Source: Planctomycetota bacterium (lineage in GTDB: Bacteria > Planctomycetota > UBA8108 > SXIK01). Taken from it: a DNA stretch of 64,000 nt. The notes beneath the pieces are model-generated. The model was not told the DNA's origin. It saw only the letters and a list, made by a program, of their open reading frames with translations, and did not search any database. The stretch covers positions 3,008,001-3,072,000 of the forward strand of contig CBDCXR010000004.1 of the NCBI GenBank assembly GCA_965223845.1, in the 5' to 3' direction. The translations under genes were made by a program, and so were the position numbers. Numbering within the stretch: the stretch's first letter is position 1; every line of letters starts with the position of its first letter. Shown here piece by piece: positions 1 through 10,900 of the stretch.

Positions 1-59
1 GCACGTGACCGTCGGTTTCGTCGCCGGGGCGACATCCGTGCTCGACGACTCGGACTCGT

Positions 60-773
60 TCATCGATCGACCTCGAAATAGCGCGGCGCGAAACTCATGT
101 TCCGAATTCCCGAGCCCGTGTTGTGAAACGCGACGCCCTCGTGGATGTAATCCGCGAACGAAAGGTGAGTGTGGCCGAAGTAGCAGTCGCGGATCGATTC
201 GCGCCAGTCGGGAAGGACGTGATCGAGATAGTGGGCGATCCGCCTCACGGTTCTCTCGCGCGGGAAGTGCATACGATGCACGAGATCGGTGAGCCCGAGC
301 CGGTCCGACAGCTCGTACATCGCCGCACCGAGAGAGCTGCGTTGACGGTCGTGCTCCCACGACCGGCGATAGTCGGCAAGCCCGCTCGCATCCATCCGGC
401 GGTGGGTGCAGTCACCGTGGAGAAAGAGAGATGTCCCGAGGCGAACGCAGCGCTCGTGAACGTGAAGCCGCGCCAGCGACTCCGCGAGCCCGGCGAGTCG
501 GTCCCGAAACGAGTGCAGACAGTCGTGGTTCCCGAGCACGAAGTGAACATCGCAGCTCGGATGATCGCGCACAACGGCGCCCAGCCACTCGAGCGCAGCA
601 CTCTCGGTCGCCGCGTGACTCTCGAGCGTGCTCCAGCGAAAGTCGAACGTATCGCCGTTGAGGACGACGAGATCGACGTCGCGAAGCCCGCTCCGGAGCT
701 CGTCGAAGCGCCGGCTCCCCCGGGATCGCTTCGCGAAGAGATGTAAGTCGGAAATTACGACGCCGCGCGGCAC
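60..773 (-). CDS. Calcineurin-like metallophosphoesterase (LpxH-like)
   Basis: Motifs ISDLH, GDTFD, GNHD, HGD and GHTH occur in the canonical order. Confidence 0.85.
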   Translation of the reverse strand: MPRGVVISDLHLFAKRSRGSRRFDELRSGLRDVDLVVLNGDTFDFRWSTLESHAATESAALEWLGAVVRDHPSCDVHFVLGNHDCLHSFRDRLAGLAESLARLHVHERCVRLGTSLFLHGDCTHRRMDASGLADYRRSWEHDRQRSSLGAAMYELSDRLGLTDLVHRMHFPRERTVRRIAHYLDHVLPDWRESIRDCYFGHTHLSFADYIHEGVAFHNTGSGIRNMSFAPRYFEVDR

Positions 774-968
774 GGGAAGCCCTTCGTCCTTGGATTGCGC
801 GATCGCCTTCTCGTCTTGGTCGTGGAGATTGTCACCCCGTCAGGCGATGATTGCCACTCGTGTCGCGAGGCGGCTCGGCGGAACCGGCCCTCCGGCCGCA
901 TCGGACATCCGGCGAACCGCGCCGCCCCGCGCACCGAGCAATCGCGATTCTCTGCGAGAGGACCTTCC

Positions 969-2636
969 ATGCACCGTTCCATCCTGATCTGTACGACCGG
1001 GCTTCTGATCAGCCTCGCATCGGTTTCGAGTGGCGCGGCGGAGCCAGAGACGAACGACAATCCGCACCTCGTCGTCTGGGAGGGAGAGGACGGCCCGGGC
1101 CGCGGGAAGCACGTCGTTCTCATCGCCGGCGATCACGAGTACCGCGGCGAAGAGACGCTCCCCGCGCTCGCACGCATTCTCGCAAAACACTACGGATTCA
1201 AGACGAGTTGCTTCATCACGACGGATCCGAAGACGGGATTCATCCGCCCCGGAAGCTCGCATCTTTCGGGTCTCGAGACCCTCCGCACGGCCGACCTCCT
1301 CGTCGTGTTCCTCCGCTTTCAGGACTTCAAGGACGAGGAGATGCAGCACATCGTCGACTACCTGGACGCCGGGAAGCCGGTGCTGGGCTTACGGACGTCG
1401 ACGCACGCGTTCAAGATCGGAAAGGGAAAGAAGTTCCACAAGTACTCCGACAACTACCGCGGTGAGGACTACTTCGGCGGGTTCGGGGAGCAAGTACTCG
1501 GCGAGCACTGGGTCGGTCACTACGGTCGAAACCACCGGCAGAGCTCGCGGCTCATTCTCGAGAAGGATCAGCTCGCGCACCCGGTTCTTCGCGGCGTGAA
1601 GGACGTCCACGCTCAGTGCGGCGGCTACAACGCGCATCCGATCGAAGGGAGCACGATCCTCGCGCGCGGGCAGATCCTGAATGGGATGACCGCGGATTCG
1701 GAACCCGATCCAACAAAGGAGATCCTCCCGGTGGCGTGGATCCGAACGCACCGCGGAGCGAAGTCCGGCACGGAAGGTCGCGTGTTCACGACCACGCACG
1801 GAGCCTCCGAAGACATCTTGAACGACGGTTTCCGCCGAATGCTGGTGAACGGCGCGCTTTGGTGCGTCGGCCTCGAGAATGAAATCCGCGCCGACGGCCC
1901 GATCGGCTTTGTCGGTCCGTACCACCCGGTGACGTTTAGCTTCGGCGGATACCGAAAGGGAATTCGCCCGAAGGACCTCGAAGGTTGGGACACGCCGATC
2001 CTCGGTGCGAGCGACCGGACGCATCTTTTTATTCTCTCCGGACAATCCAACATGGCCGGACTCGACCCGTCGGTCTCCTTCACCCCCACCGTCGCGCGAG
2101 CGTTCGCCGGCGACGAGGTCATCGTCGTCAAGGACGCGCAGGGAGGCCAACCCATCCGCCGCTGGTGGAAAGAATGGAAACCCGCGGCCGGAACGGAGCC
2201 GAAAGCGACCGGCGATCTCTACGACCGCCTTCTCGCGAAGGTGAAGTCGAGCGTTGGGGATCGAAAGCCGACCACGATCTCGTTCGTCTGGATGCAAGGC
2301 GAGCGCGACGCGCGCGAGAAGCACGGCGACGTCTACCGCGCGAGCCTCGAAGGCCTCGTCGCGCAGCTCCGCGGGGACCTCGGCCGGGAGGACGTTCAGG
2401 TCGTCATCGGTCGGCTGAGCGACTTCGACAACGAGAACGAGCGCTACCCGCACTGGACGCGCGTCCGCGAGGCACAAACAGCGTTCGCCGAGACCAACCC
2501 GCGCTACGGCTGGATCGACACCGACGATCTCAACGGACCGAAGGACGAGCTCCACTACACGAAGAAGGGATACCGAACGCTCGGACGCCGCTTCGCGCAA
2601 AAGGTCGTCGAACTCGTCGAGAAGAACCGAGAGTGA
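969..2636 (+). CDS. Secreted ThuA-like domain + SGNH sialate O-acetylesterase (SASA/CE6-like) fusion
   Basis: ATG 969 follows GAGGA and starts a signal peptide. N-half has VVLIAGDHEYRGEE...GRVFTTTHG; C-half has FILSGQSNM, WMQGERD and DELHY. Confidence 0.8.
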   Translation: MHRSILICTTGLLISLASVSSGAAEPETNDNPHLVVWEGEDGPGRGKHVVLIAGDHEYRGEETLPALARILAKHYGFKTSCFITTDPKTGFIRPGSSHLSGLETLRTADLLVVFLRFQDFKDEEMQHIVDYLDAGKPVLGLRTSTHAFKIGKGKKFHKYSDNYRGEDYFGGFGEQVLGEHWVGHYGRNHRQSSRLILEKDQLAHPVLRGVKDVHAQCGGYNAHPIEGSTILARGQILNGMTADSEPDPTKEILPVAWIRTHRGAKSGTEGRVFTTTHGASEDILNDGFRRMLVNGALWCVGLENEIRADGPIGFVGPYHPVTFSFGGYRKGIRPKDLEGWDTPILGASDRTHLFILSGQSNMAGLDPSVSFTPTVARAFAGDEVIVVKDAQGGQPIRRWWKEWKPAAGTEPKATGDLYDRLLAKVKSSVGDRKPTTISFVWMQGERDAREKHGDVYRASLEGLVAQLRGDLGREDVQVVIGRLSDFDNENERYPHWTRVREAQTAFAETNPRYGWIDTDDLNGPKDELHYTKKGYRTLGRRFAQKVVELVEKNRE

Positions 2637-5600
2637 ACTCGAGCGTTTCCCTCGCGATCGCGTTCGGCACCGCCTTCGCCGTCGGGTGCGACCGGCGCGA
2701 GCCCGCGCACCAAGTGACGACACCCGCTCCGGTCGACGCCGCCCGCGAAGAGATCGCCGAGCCGGGGAACGAGCTCGTCGCGCTCACGGTCGTCTCGACG
2801 CCCGGATCGCGAACGAGGAGCGATGCGGACGCTTCTCAAGCGAAGACCCCACTCACAATCGCCAGCCGCGGCTCCTCTTCGCGGACAGCGATCGATGCGC
2901 AGCTCGAACACCTCCTTCCGGGCGACGACTGGTCGAGCGAGAGGGAGAGCCAGCGAATCGCCGAGCTCATCCGCAGTCTGATCGCCGCGGAGCAGACCGC
3001 GGCCGCGCTGGCGGATTTCGTCCCGCCGGACTTTCGTACGGAAGCTCTCCGCCCGCGCCCGCTCGATCCCATCTACGAGCGAAACGGTCTCGTCGTGCGG
3101 CGGTTTCGACGAGACGGCGAGGCCGCGAGTGCGCCGCTCGGCGGCGTCTCCGGGCTCGCCCGAGCGCTCGCTTCGCTGCGCGCAGCATTCCCCCGCGAGA
3201 CCAGTCGCTTCGACATTCACGTCACGGAATTCCGCTTTCTTTCCGGGGGCCGCCAGTCGTTCGAGGCGAAGGTCGACATCGACCTCGCACACGAGTCGCG
3301 GGAAGGTGTGAGCCGCGAAGCGACCACGACGTGGCGTTGTACCTGGAGCGCACGCGACGACGATCCGCCGCGCCTCCGCGAGATCCGCGTCGAATCCTAC
3401 GAGGAAACCTCGCTCGAACGCTCCGGCAGTGCCGAGGGGTCCTTTTTCGTCGATGCGACGACCGCCGCGGTCGGAGCTCTCCCAGAGTTCGCCGCCCAGC
3501 AGCGGCGAGGAATCGAATCGTGGGCCGAGCGGATCACGCGACTCGGCGATCTTCACCTCACCGGGCACCACGGGATCGCCGTCGGTGACGTCGATGGCGA
3601 CGGTCGCGACGACCTCTACGTTTGCGACGGCGGCAGCCTCCCCAATCGTCTCTATCGCCAACTTCCGAATGGCGCCGCCGAAGACATCTCCGCTCGCGCG
3701 GGCGTCGACTTCCTCGAGGATTCGCGCAGCGCACTTCTCGTCGATCTCGACGGCGATGCCGATCAGGATCTCGTCCTCGCGACCATCGCGATGATCGTTT
3801 TCGCCGAGAACGACGGCTCCGGTCGCTTCACCGTTCGCGGCGGGCATCCGGGCGCGCCGTATCCCTATTCACTAAGCGCGGCGGATTTCGATCTCGACGG
3901 TGACCTCGATGTTTTCGTCTGCGTCTACGGAGCCGCGGACGAAGGGTCGGGTGCGCGGGGATTCGAGGCGAGCGCGCCCGTGCCGTTTCACGACGCGCGG
4001 AACGGCGGGCGCAACGTTCTCCTCGAGAACCGCGCGGCGTTCGCGTTCGTCGACGCGACGGACGCGGTCGGGCTCGGACGCGAGAACTCGCGCTGGTCGC
4101 TCGCCGCCGCGTGGGAAGACGTCGACTCGGACGGAGATCTCGACCTCTACATCGCGAACGATTTCGGGCCGAACCAGCTCTTCCGCAACGACGCCGCCGA
4201 AGGCGCTCGGAAGACGCGACGCTTCACCGAAATCGCCGCCGCCGCGGGCGTCGAGGACTTCGGTGCCGGAATGTCCGTCGCTTGGGGCGATGCGAACGCA
4301 GACGGGAGAGCGGATCTCTACGTCGGCAACATGTTCTCGTCGGCCGGCCTCCGCGTCGGCGCGCAAGCGAACTTTGTGCGAAATCGCGACGCGGAGACCA
4401 CCGCGCAAACCCAGCGCATGGCGCGCGGCAACTCGCTCTTCGTCCGAAGGAATAACGGGCTCGCCTTCGAGGACACCAGCCTCGCCGCGGGCGTGACGCA
4501 CGGAGGCTGGGCCTGGAGCTCCGGCTTCGCCGACATCAACAACGACGGCTGGGAAGACCTCGTCGTCGCGAATGGGTTTCTCTCGAGCACGCGGCCCGGC
4601 GACCTCTGAAGCTTCTTCTGGCGACAGGTCGTGTCGCCAAGTCCGATGGCCGCCGGCGATGCGTCGCGCGCGCGCGACTACGGCGCCGCCTGGGCTGCGC
4701 TCATGCAGCTCGCACGCGAGGGTCACTCGTGGAGCGGCCACGAGCGGAATCAGTGTTTTCTCAATCTCGGAGGCGGTCGATTCGCGCGGATCTCGGCCGT
4801 GAGCGGACTCGACGCTCGATCCGACGGCCGAGCGCTCGCGTTCGTCGACTGGGACCGCGACGGCGACGTCGACATCTGGTTTCGAGACCGCACGGCGCCG
4901 CGGCTTCGCTTGCTGCTGAATCAGCACGTTTCCGCGCGGTCCGCCGAGGATCGGAGCTTCGTATCTCTCCGGCTCGAAGGGACGAAGGCGAATCGCGACG
5001 CGATCGGCGCTTCCGCCGAGGTCGTCCTCTCGGAGGCGGCAGAACCCCCGAGGCGATTCGTTCGTGCGGTGCGGGCCGGCGATCTCTATCTGTCTCAGTC
5101 GAGCAAGTGGCTTCACTTCGGACTCGGGTCGAAAGCGAAGATCCGCGAGGTCGTCGTCCGCTGGCCGGGCGGGGCGAGCGAGACGTTCGCCGGCGTCGAG
5201 CCGGGGAACCGATACCGACTCCGCGAAGGCACGGGAGCAGCCGAGCTCGCTCGTACAGACTCCGTTCGTCTTCCGCCCAGTAGGCCGGTCGGCATTCCTC
5301 TCGCGAGATCAGGGGGTGCGTCGATCCTTCTCTCGCGCCGCATCCCGTTCCCGCTTGTCAACTACCGCATGCCGGACGGACAGCCGCGCGCACTGGGCGA
5401 GAGCCCACGCGAACGGCTTCTCCTCATCTGGTCGAGCACGTGCGCTCACTGCGTCCGTGAGCTCCGCTCCCTCGCGGCGCAAGCGGCACGAGTTCGAGCG
5501 ACCGGCCTCGATGTTCTCGCGCTCTCCGTCGACCGAAGCCTCGAGAGCCCGGGCGAGGACGCGAGCGCGCGCGACGAACGAGTCATCGCGAACGTCGAGT

Positions 5601-6265
5601 TCCCGTTCGCATGGGGCCGATTGGACTCCGACGCGACCGAGCGCATCGCGACCTATCAGCGCGCGCTCTTCGATCGCACTCCCACATTCGCGGTCCCGCT
5701 CGCGTTCCTCCTCGACCGGGAAGGGAACGCGGTCGCCCTCTATCGGGGCAACATCGGAATCGAGCGCGTTCTCCGAGACGTCGAGCGCACGCGAGACGCG
5801 ACGAACGAAGAGCTGCATCGACTCGCGCCGCCCTTTCCGGGACGGTGGTTCACGCGTGCCGTCGGGGATGCCGCGATGGCGGAGTTCATGGCGCGCCACT
5901 TCGAACGCCGATCGCTCGAAGACGCGCTGCCGTACCTCCACCTCGCCGCGGAGCGTGCGAGCGAACCGCGAAACCTCGCGCTCCGGCGCGAGCTCGGCGA
6001 AAAGCACCATCTTCTCGCGCGTCGCGCGCGAGAAGCGCGCGAACCGGAGCGGGCGGCGTTTCACTTCGAAGCGGCGCTCGGCTCCTCTCCACCGAGCGCG
6101 GAGCTCCTCACGGAATTCGGCTCGCTCCTCGGCTCGTACGGCAATTTGGACGCTGCCGAAAAACAGTTTCGGGCGGCGCTCGAGCTCGATCCCGGTTTCG
6201 GCCCCGCGGCCGAGGCATTGCGACTCGTGAATCGCCTGCGGAACGAATCGGCAGAGTCCGAGTGA
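2633..6265 (+). CDS. FG-GAP/CRTAC1-like repeat + ASPIC/UnbV + redoxin (CxxC) + TPR lipoprotein with one in-frame TGA at 4607-4609 (candidate selenocysteine)
   Basis: GTG 2633 overlaps the upstream stop (GTGA) and is followed by lipobox AVGC and many DxDGDG repeats. ORFs ending 4609 and starting 4631 are in the same frame and read GDL*SFFWRQVVSPSP...SWSGHERN. Downstream are NRDAIGA, YLSQSSKWLHFGLG, VRWPGG, CAHC (5441-5452) and a C-terminal TPR. If not recoded, it is two ORFs (2633-4609 and about 4631-6265). Confidence 0.75.
4607..4641 (+). promoter_or_regulatory. Bacterial SECIS-like hairpin after in-frame UGA
   Basis: TGA-AGCTTCTTC-TGGCGACA(4619-4626)-GGTCG-TGTCGCCA(4632-4639): a perfect 8-bp stem with a G-starting loop 17 nt after the UGA. 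Confidence 0.65.
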
Positions 6266-6398
6266 GCGCTCGGCTCGGCAACTCTGCCCGGATCACTGTT
6301 CGCTCGATGGGAGCAGTTGTCGGAAGCGAGGCGCCTCACACCCCGCTCAAGGAATAGCTTTCGGACGACCGCGATCTCGCGCTCCTCCATCACCAATC

Positions 6399-6444
6399 CT
6401 CTCGCTCCTCTCTTCCTTCGTGCCCTTCCCAAACCCTTCGTGGT
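6399..6444 (-). repeat. Purine-rich CACGAAGG-type intergenic element, similar to 17014-17058
   Basis: Reverse complement reads ACCACGAAGGGTTTGGGAAGGGCACGAAGGAAGAGAGGAGCGAGAG, just 3' of the sulfatase stop. Confidence 0.4.
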
Positions 6445-6494
6445 CCATCTCTTCTCAGCAGCACTTGAGCGGCGCCCGGGTGCAACAACCCGCG

Positions 6495-7991
6495 CTACTT
6501 CACGCGCCGGCGTCGACCCGGCTTCGGCGGTCCGTAGGTCTCGAGCAGGACTCGATCGACGACCGCGCGATCCGTGCGGTGACGGAACGCTTTCAGCATG
6601 GGGTCGCCGGTCCGCTCCATCCATGCGTCGAGCTTCGCGCGTAGCGCGTCGAGTGTCTTCGCGTGCTCGGGTCGGTCGACGAGATTGACGAGACTGTCGG
6701 GATCCGCGCGCAGGTCGTACAGTTCTTCCGGGACTCGATAGCGAAAGAGCTGAATGCGAGCCGCGATCGCCGCGTTCCCGGCGTCCGCTGCGCGCTGCAT
6801 CGCCTTCATGGACTTGCCCTCGTTGTTATTTCGATACCGGTGCCGCCCATCGCTGAAGGGATTGTAGATGTACCCGAATCGCGCGCTCTGAACGCAGCGC
6901 ATGGGGACGCGATCGCCGCCCGCCTTCTTGTCGATCTGCGTAAACACGACGTCGCGTCCGGACTGAGCTTCGCCGCGGAGAAGTGGAACCATCGAGCGGC
7001 CGTCGAGGCCACTCGGACCGGCGATACCGGTCGCCTCGAGAAACGTCGGGAAGAAATCCACACCGGACACGAACGCGTCTCGGTTGACGGTGCCCGCCCG
7101 AGCGACACCGGGCCAGCGAACGAGGAGCGGCGTCCGCGTGCTGTGAAACCAGGCATTACACTTCGCAAACGGAACGGCAATTCCGTTGTCCGAGAGAAAA
7201 ACGACGAGCGTGCGAGCCGCGGCTCCCGATTCTTCCAGAGCATCGAGAACGCGGCCGAATGTGTCGTCGAGCCGCCTCGTCGAGTTGAGATACTGACTCA
7301 GCTCGGCGCGCACTCCGGGAAGATCCGGAAGAAACCCCGGCACCGTCACTTCGTCCGGAGAATACGTTCGTGACGGCATCGCCGCGCCTCTGAGGAGCTT
7401 CGCGGGGTCGCAGTAGGGACGATGCGGATCGTGCGAGTTCACCATGAAATAGAACGGTTTCCCGCGTTCCTTCGCGAGCGCGAAGAATTTGCGGCTCCGC
7501 TCGTAGTAGATCTCGGGGTTCCTCCCGTTGCCGAGATCGCCACGATCGAATTCGTAGTCCCAGCGCATCGAATTCTTCGGCGTCGAGTGCGCTACCTTCC
7601 CGAGGATCCCCGCGACGTATCCCGCTTTCTGGAACGTCGTGACGACGTCGGGAACGTCCTCGCGCGCCTTCATGAATCCCATCGCACCCGAGCGGTGGCT
7701 GTAGAGGCCCGTCGCAATCACCGCGCGGCTCGGAGCGCAGATCGCAGCGTTCACATGCGCTCGCTCGAAGCGCATCGACTCTCCAGCGAAGCGATCGAGG
7801 CGGGGAGTGACACCCTTCGGTCTTCCTCCGAACACTCCGAGCGACTCGGCGTGGAGGTCGTCGGCAGTGAAAAGGAGAATATTGAGTCGCGTCGGCTCCG
7901 TCTGGGCCTCTGCGCTCGGCCGCCCAAGAGTCGAAGCCGATCCAATCGCGAGACCCGCCGCTAAGAGGAGAACCGTCCGCGAGACGTTCAC
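6495..7991 (-). CDS. Formylglycine-dependent sulfatase
   Basis: Signal peptide, NILLFTADD, CAPSRAVIATG, HDPHRP, FLSDNG and EELYDL. Confidence 0.92.
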   Translation of the reverse strand: MNVSRTVLLLAAGLAIGSASTLGRPSAEAQTEPTRLNILLFTADDLHAESLGVFGGRPKGVTPRLDRFAGESMRFERAHVNAAICAPSRAVIATGLYSHRSGAMGFMKAREDVPDVVTTFQKAGYVAGILGKVAHSTPKNSMRWDYEFDRGDLGNGRNPEIYYERSRKFFALAKERGKPFYFMVNSHDPHRPYCDPAKLLRGAAMPSRTYSPDEVTVPGFLPDLPGVRAELSQYLNSTRRLDDTFGRVLDALEESGAAARTLVVFLSDNGIAVPFAKCNAWFHSTRTPLLVRWPGVARAGTVNRDAFVSGVDFFPTFLEATGIAGPSGLDGRSMVPLLRGEAQSGRDVVFTQIDKKAGGDRVPMRCVQSARFGYIYNPFSDGRHRYRNNNEGKSMKAMQRAADAGNAAIAARIQLFRYRVPEELYDLRADPDSLVNLVDRPEHAKTLDALRAKLDAWMERTGDPMLKAFRHRTDRAVVDRVLLETYGPPKPGRRRRVK

Positions 7992-10900
7992 CGCGCTTCG
8001 TCCTCCTTCGAAGTCGAGCCCGCTTTCGGCAGCGGAACCTGCTCCGTTTCCCGCAGGTACGCGACGAGATCGAGCACCTCGCGGTCGCTCAAAGAATCGA
8101 GAAGCCCTTCGGGCATCATCGAAACTTCGTCCAGCTCGCGCGAAGCGATATCGGATTTGGCGATGGGCACGGGCTCCGGCTCACCCGCGACCCAAAGCTT
8201 GATCTGCCGCTCGTTCTCGTCCGCCAAGATTCCCGAATAGAGCCGTCCCTCGTGCGTGAAGACCAGGACCATGCGGTAGTCGTCCTGAATCACTTCGCTC
8301 GGCGTAATCACGTTCCCGAGAACGTACGTAAGATCCGTGCGGTTCGCGCCGGTGAGATCCGGACCGACACGACCGCCGTTTCCGTAGAGCAGATGGCACG
8401 GTGCGCAGGTTTTCTCGAAGACGACGCGACCGCGACTCGCATCCGCCGTACGGATCGCGTCCTCGGTGAGAAGAGCCCGGTACTTCGCGAGGCGCGAGGC
8501 CTGCTCGGCCGGGAGCGCCTCGACCGGCCCCCAAACCTCGACGAAACCGCTTCCGACGACGCGCCGAAGCTGCCGAGCTATATACGCAGGGACGTCACGG
8601 CGCGGAATGGCCCCGCTGCGAATGACCTGCGTGAGCTTCCATCCCGAGCGCGAACGCGAGGCGAGAGTCTGAACGGCTTCGAGCTTCTCGTCCGCGTCGA
8701 ACGTCGCGTAGCGCTCGAGGAGAGCGTCCGCGTAGCGTTCCTCGTCGAACACGGCGAGAGCACGAATCGCGTCGCGCCGGATCGCTGCGTCATCGAGAAG
8801 CGAAAGGAGTTGGGAGCGAAGCGCCGGCAGACGCTGCTGAGCGAGCGCACGCAGAGCCCGGCGGCGCTCCTCGGGCCCTTTCGTCGCATCGCGGAGCGTC
8901 GCGAGCCGAGCTTCCGCCGCCGCGTTGTCTCCGAACTGCTGTGCGAGATCGACGCTCAACCGCCTGACTTCGGGCTCGGCACTCGATCGCAGACGCTCGT
9001 AGGCCGCCGGCCACTCCGCCGGAGCGACGACATCGTAGCGACGGTCGAGACCATCGCGGAGACCGCGCAGGAGGTCGCGCTGAGCTCCACTCGCATCGCC
9101 GAGCGCCGCGACGACAGCGCCAAACTCGCCGGCGTCGGCGAGTCGACGAGCGATGTGGCGCGCGACGAGCGGAATCTTGCTCGCAAGGGCGAGACGCACC
9201 GCGCGGGCGGGGCTTCCGGCGACGAGAGGCTCGACGCCGAACCAAATCATCTTCGGGATGTTGTGGTCGTTCGCGTCTTCTCCGTGCGCGACGAGAGCCG
9301 ATGCGATCGGCCACCGGTCGTCCGTTGCGACACGTTGAAGCGCAGCCGCGAGATAGAGACGGACCACCGCGGAATCGTCGCCCCGCGCCACCGCGACGAA
9401 TCGGTCGAGCGCGGGCCGCGGCGGCGAATGATCCTCGCAGAGGAGCTGAATCGCCCACGCTCGGATGTAGGGATCGGGATCAGCGAGCGCCTCCGTAAGC
9501 GCCTCGGTAGAGAGTGCGCCGATCACGTGGAGCGCCCACATCGCGCGCAGTCGGTAGCTGAATCCATCGCGCGCCGCCAACATTCCGCGGAGGATTTCGA
9601 CCGCCTGCGAGTCGATCGTTCTTTTCGTCGCTCGACCCTGAAGCAGCAGTCGCGCGCGACGGGCGTGCCACGCGCTTCGGCGTCCCTGCACCTGGGCCAG
9701 ATCGGTATCGCTCTTCGTGTTCAGGTCGTCGTAGCGCCCCGGCCAATCGACGGCTTTCGACTCCGCCGGCACGATGCGGTAGACGCGTCCCGTGTCCTTC
9801 TGAAGGACGTCCTTCCCGCAGATATCGGCGTCGTGCCAATCGAGTACGTAGACCGCTCCTTCCGGCCCGATCTCCGTACTGAACCCGATCCACTGCGCGT
9901 TGTTGGCGAGGAGAAAGTCATCTCCGTGGCGCCCGACGAATCCAGAGCCGCGCGGCTCCAGGATGTCGGTGAGGACGGCGTGCTCGTGAATGTTCGCCAT
10001 GAACAGACGGCCGTGATACTTCTCCGGAAACGCGTCGGAGAGATACACGCGAGCACCGCCGTGCGCCGACCGGTGACGGTGATCCGCAATCGTTCGTATG
10101 TCGCTGTAGACGTACGGACTAAAGTGGCGTCCGCCCTGACGGTGATAGATCCCGCCCGGAATCACGTGCCAGAGATGCGGGATCACGCACGCGGTGATGA
10201 AGAGCTGCCCGTTCGCGTCGAAGTCGATCCCCCACGGATTGCTGAAGCCGTGCGCGACGACCTCGAACCGATCCTTCGTGGGGTGGTAGCGCCACACTCC
10301 ACCGTTGATATCGACGGGTTCGTCTGCGAACTCGATCTTCTTTGGGAACGGCTCGCGGTGCTTGTAGAGGCGCCCCTTCCCCTTGGGCTTCCCAACACGC
10401 GACGGCGTCGCGAACCCCTGGCAGCCGTAGAGCCAGCCGTCCGGGCCCCAGTGAAAGCTGTTGAGCGTCTCGTGGCGGTCGCGAATTCCCCAGCCGGTGA
10501 GCCTCACCTCGATGCCGTCTCGATCGGCGACATCATCGCGATCGCGATCCGGCACGAAGAGGAGATTCGGTGGCGCACCGAGCCAGAGTCCGTCGAAGCC
10601 TACCGCGATGGCGGCGGGAAACGGGATTCCGTCGAGAAAGACTTTCCGCGAGTCCGCGACACCGTCGCGATTCGTGTCTTCGAGGATGAGGATTCGGCTG
10701 TCGCCCGAGTTCGAGAATCCACCGCCGCGGCTCTCGTAGTCGCGATTCTCCGCGATCCACATGCGCCCGCGGTCGTCCCAGCAGAACGCCATCGGTTGTG
10801 TGATCATCGGCTCGGACGCGTACGCGTTCACCGCGAATCCGTCCGTGACGGTCATCGCTGCGACCGCTTCCTCGGCGTTCAGAAACTTCGCCTCGCGGCC

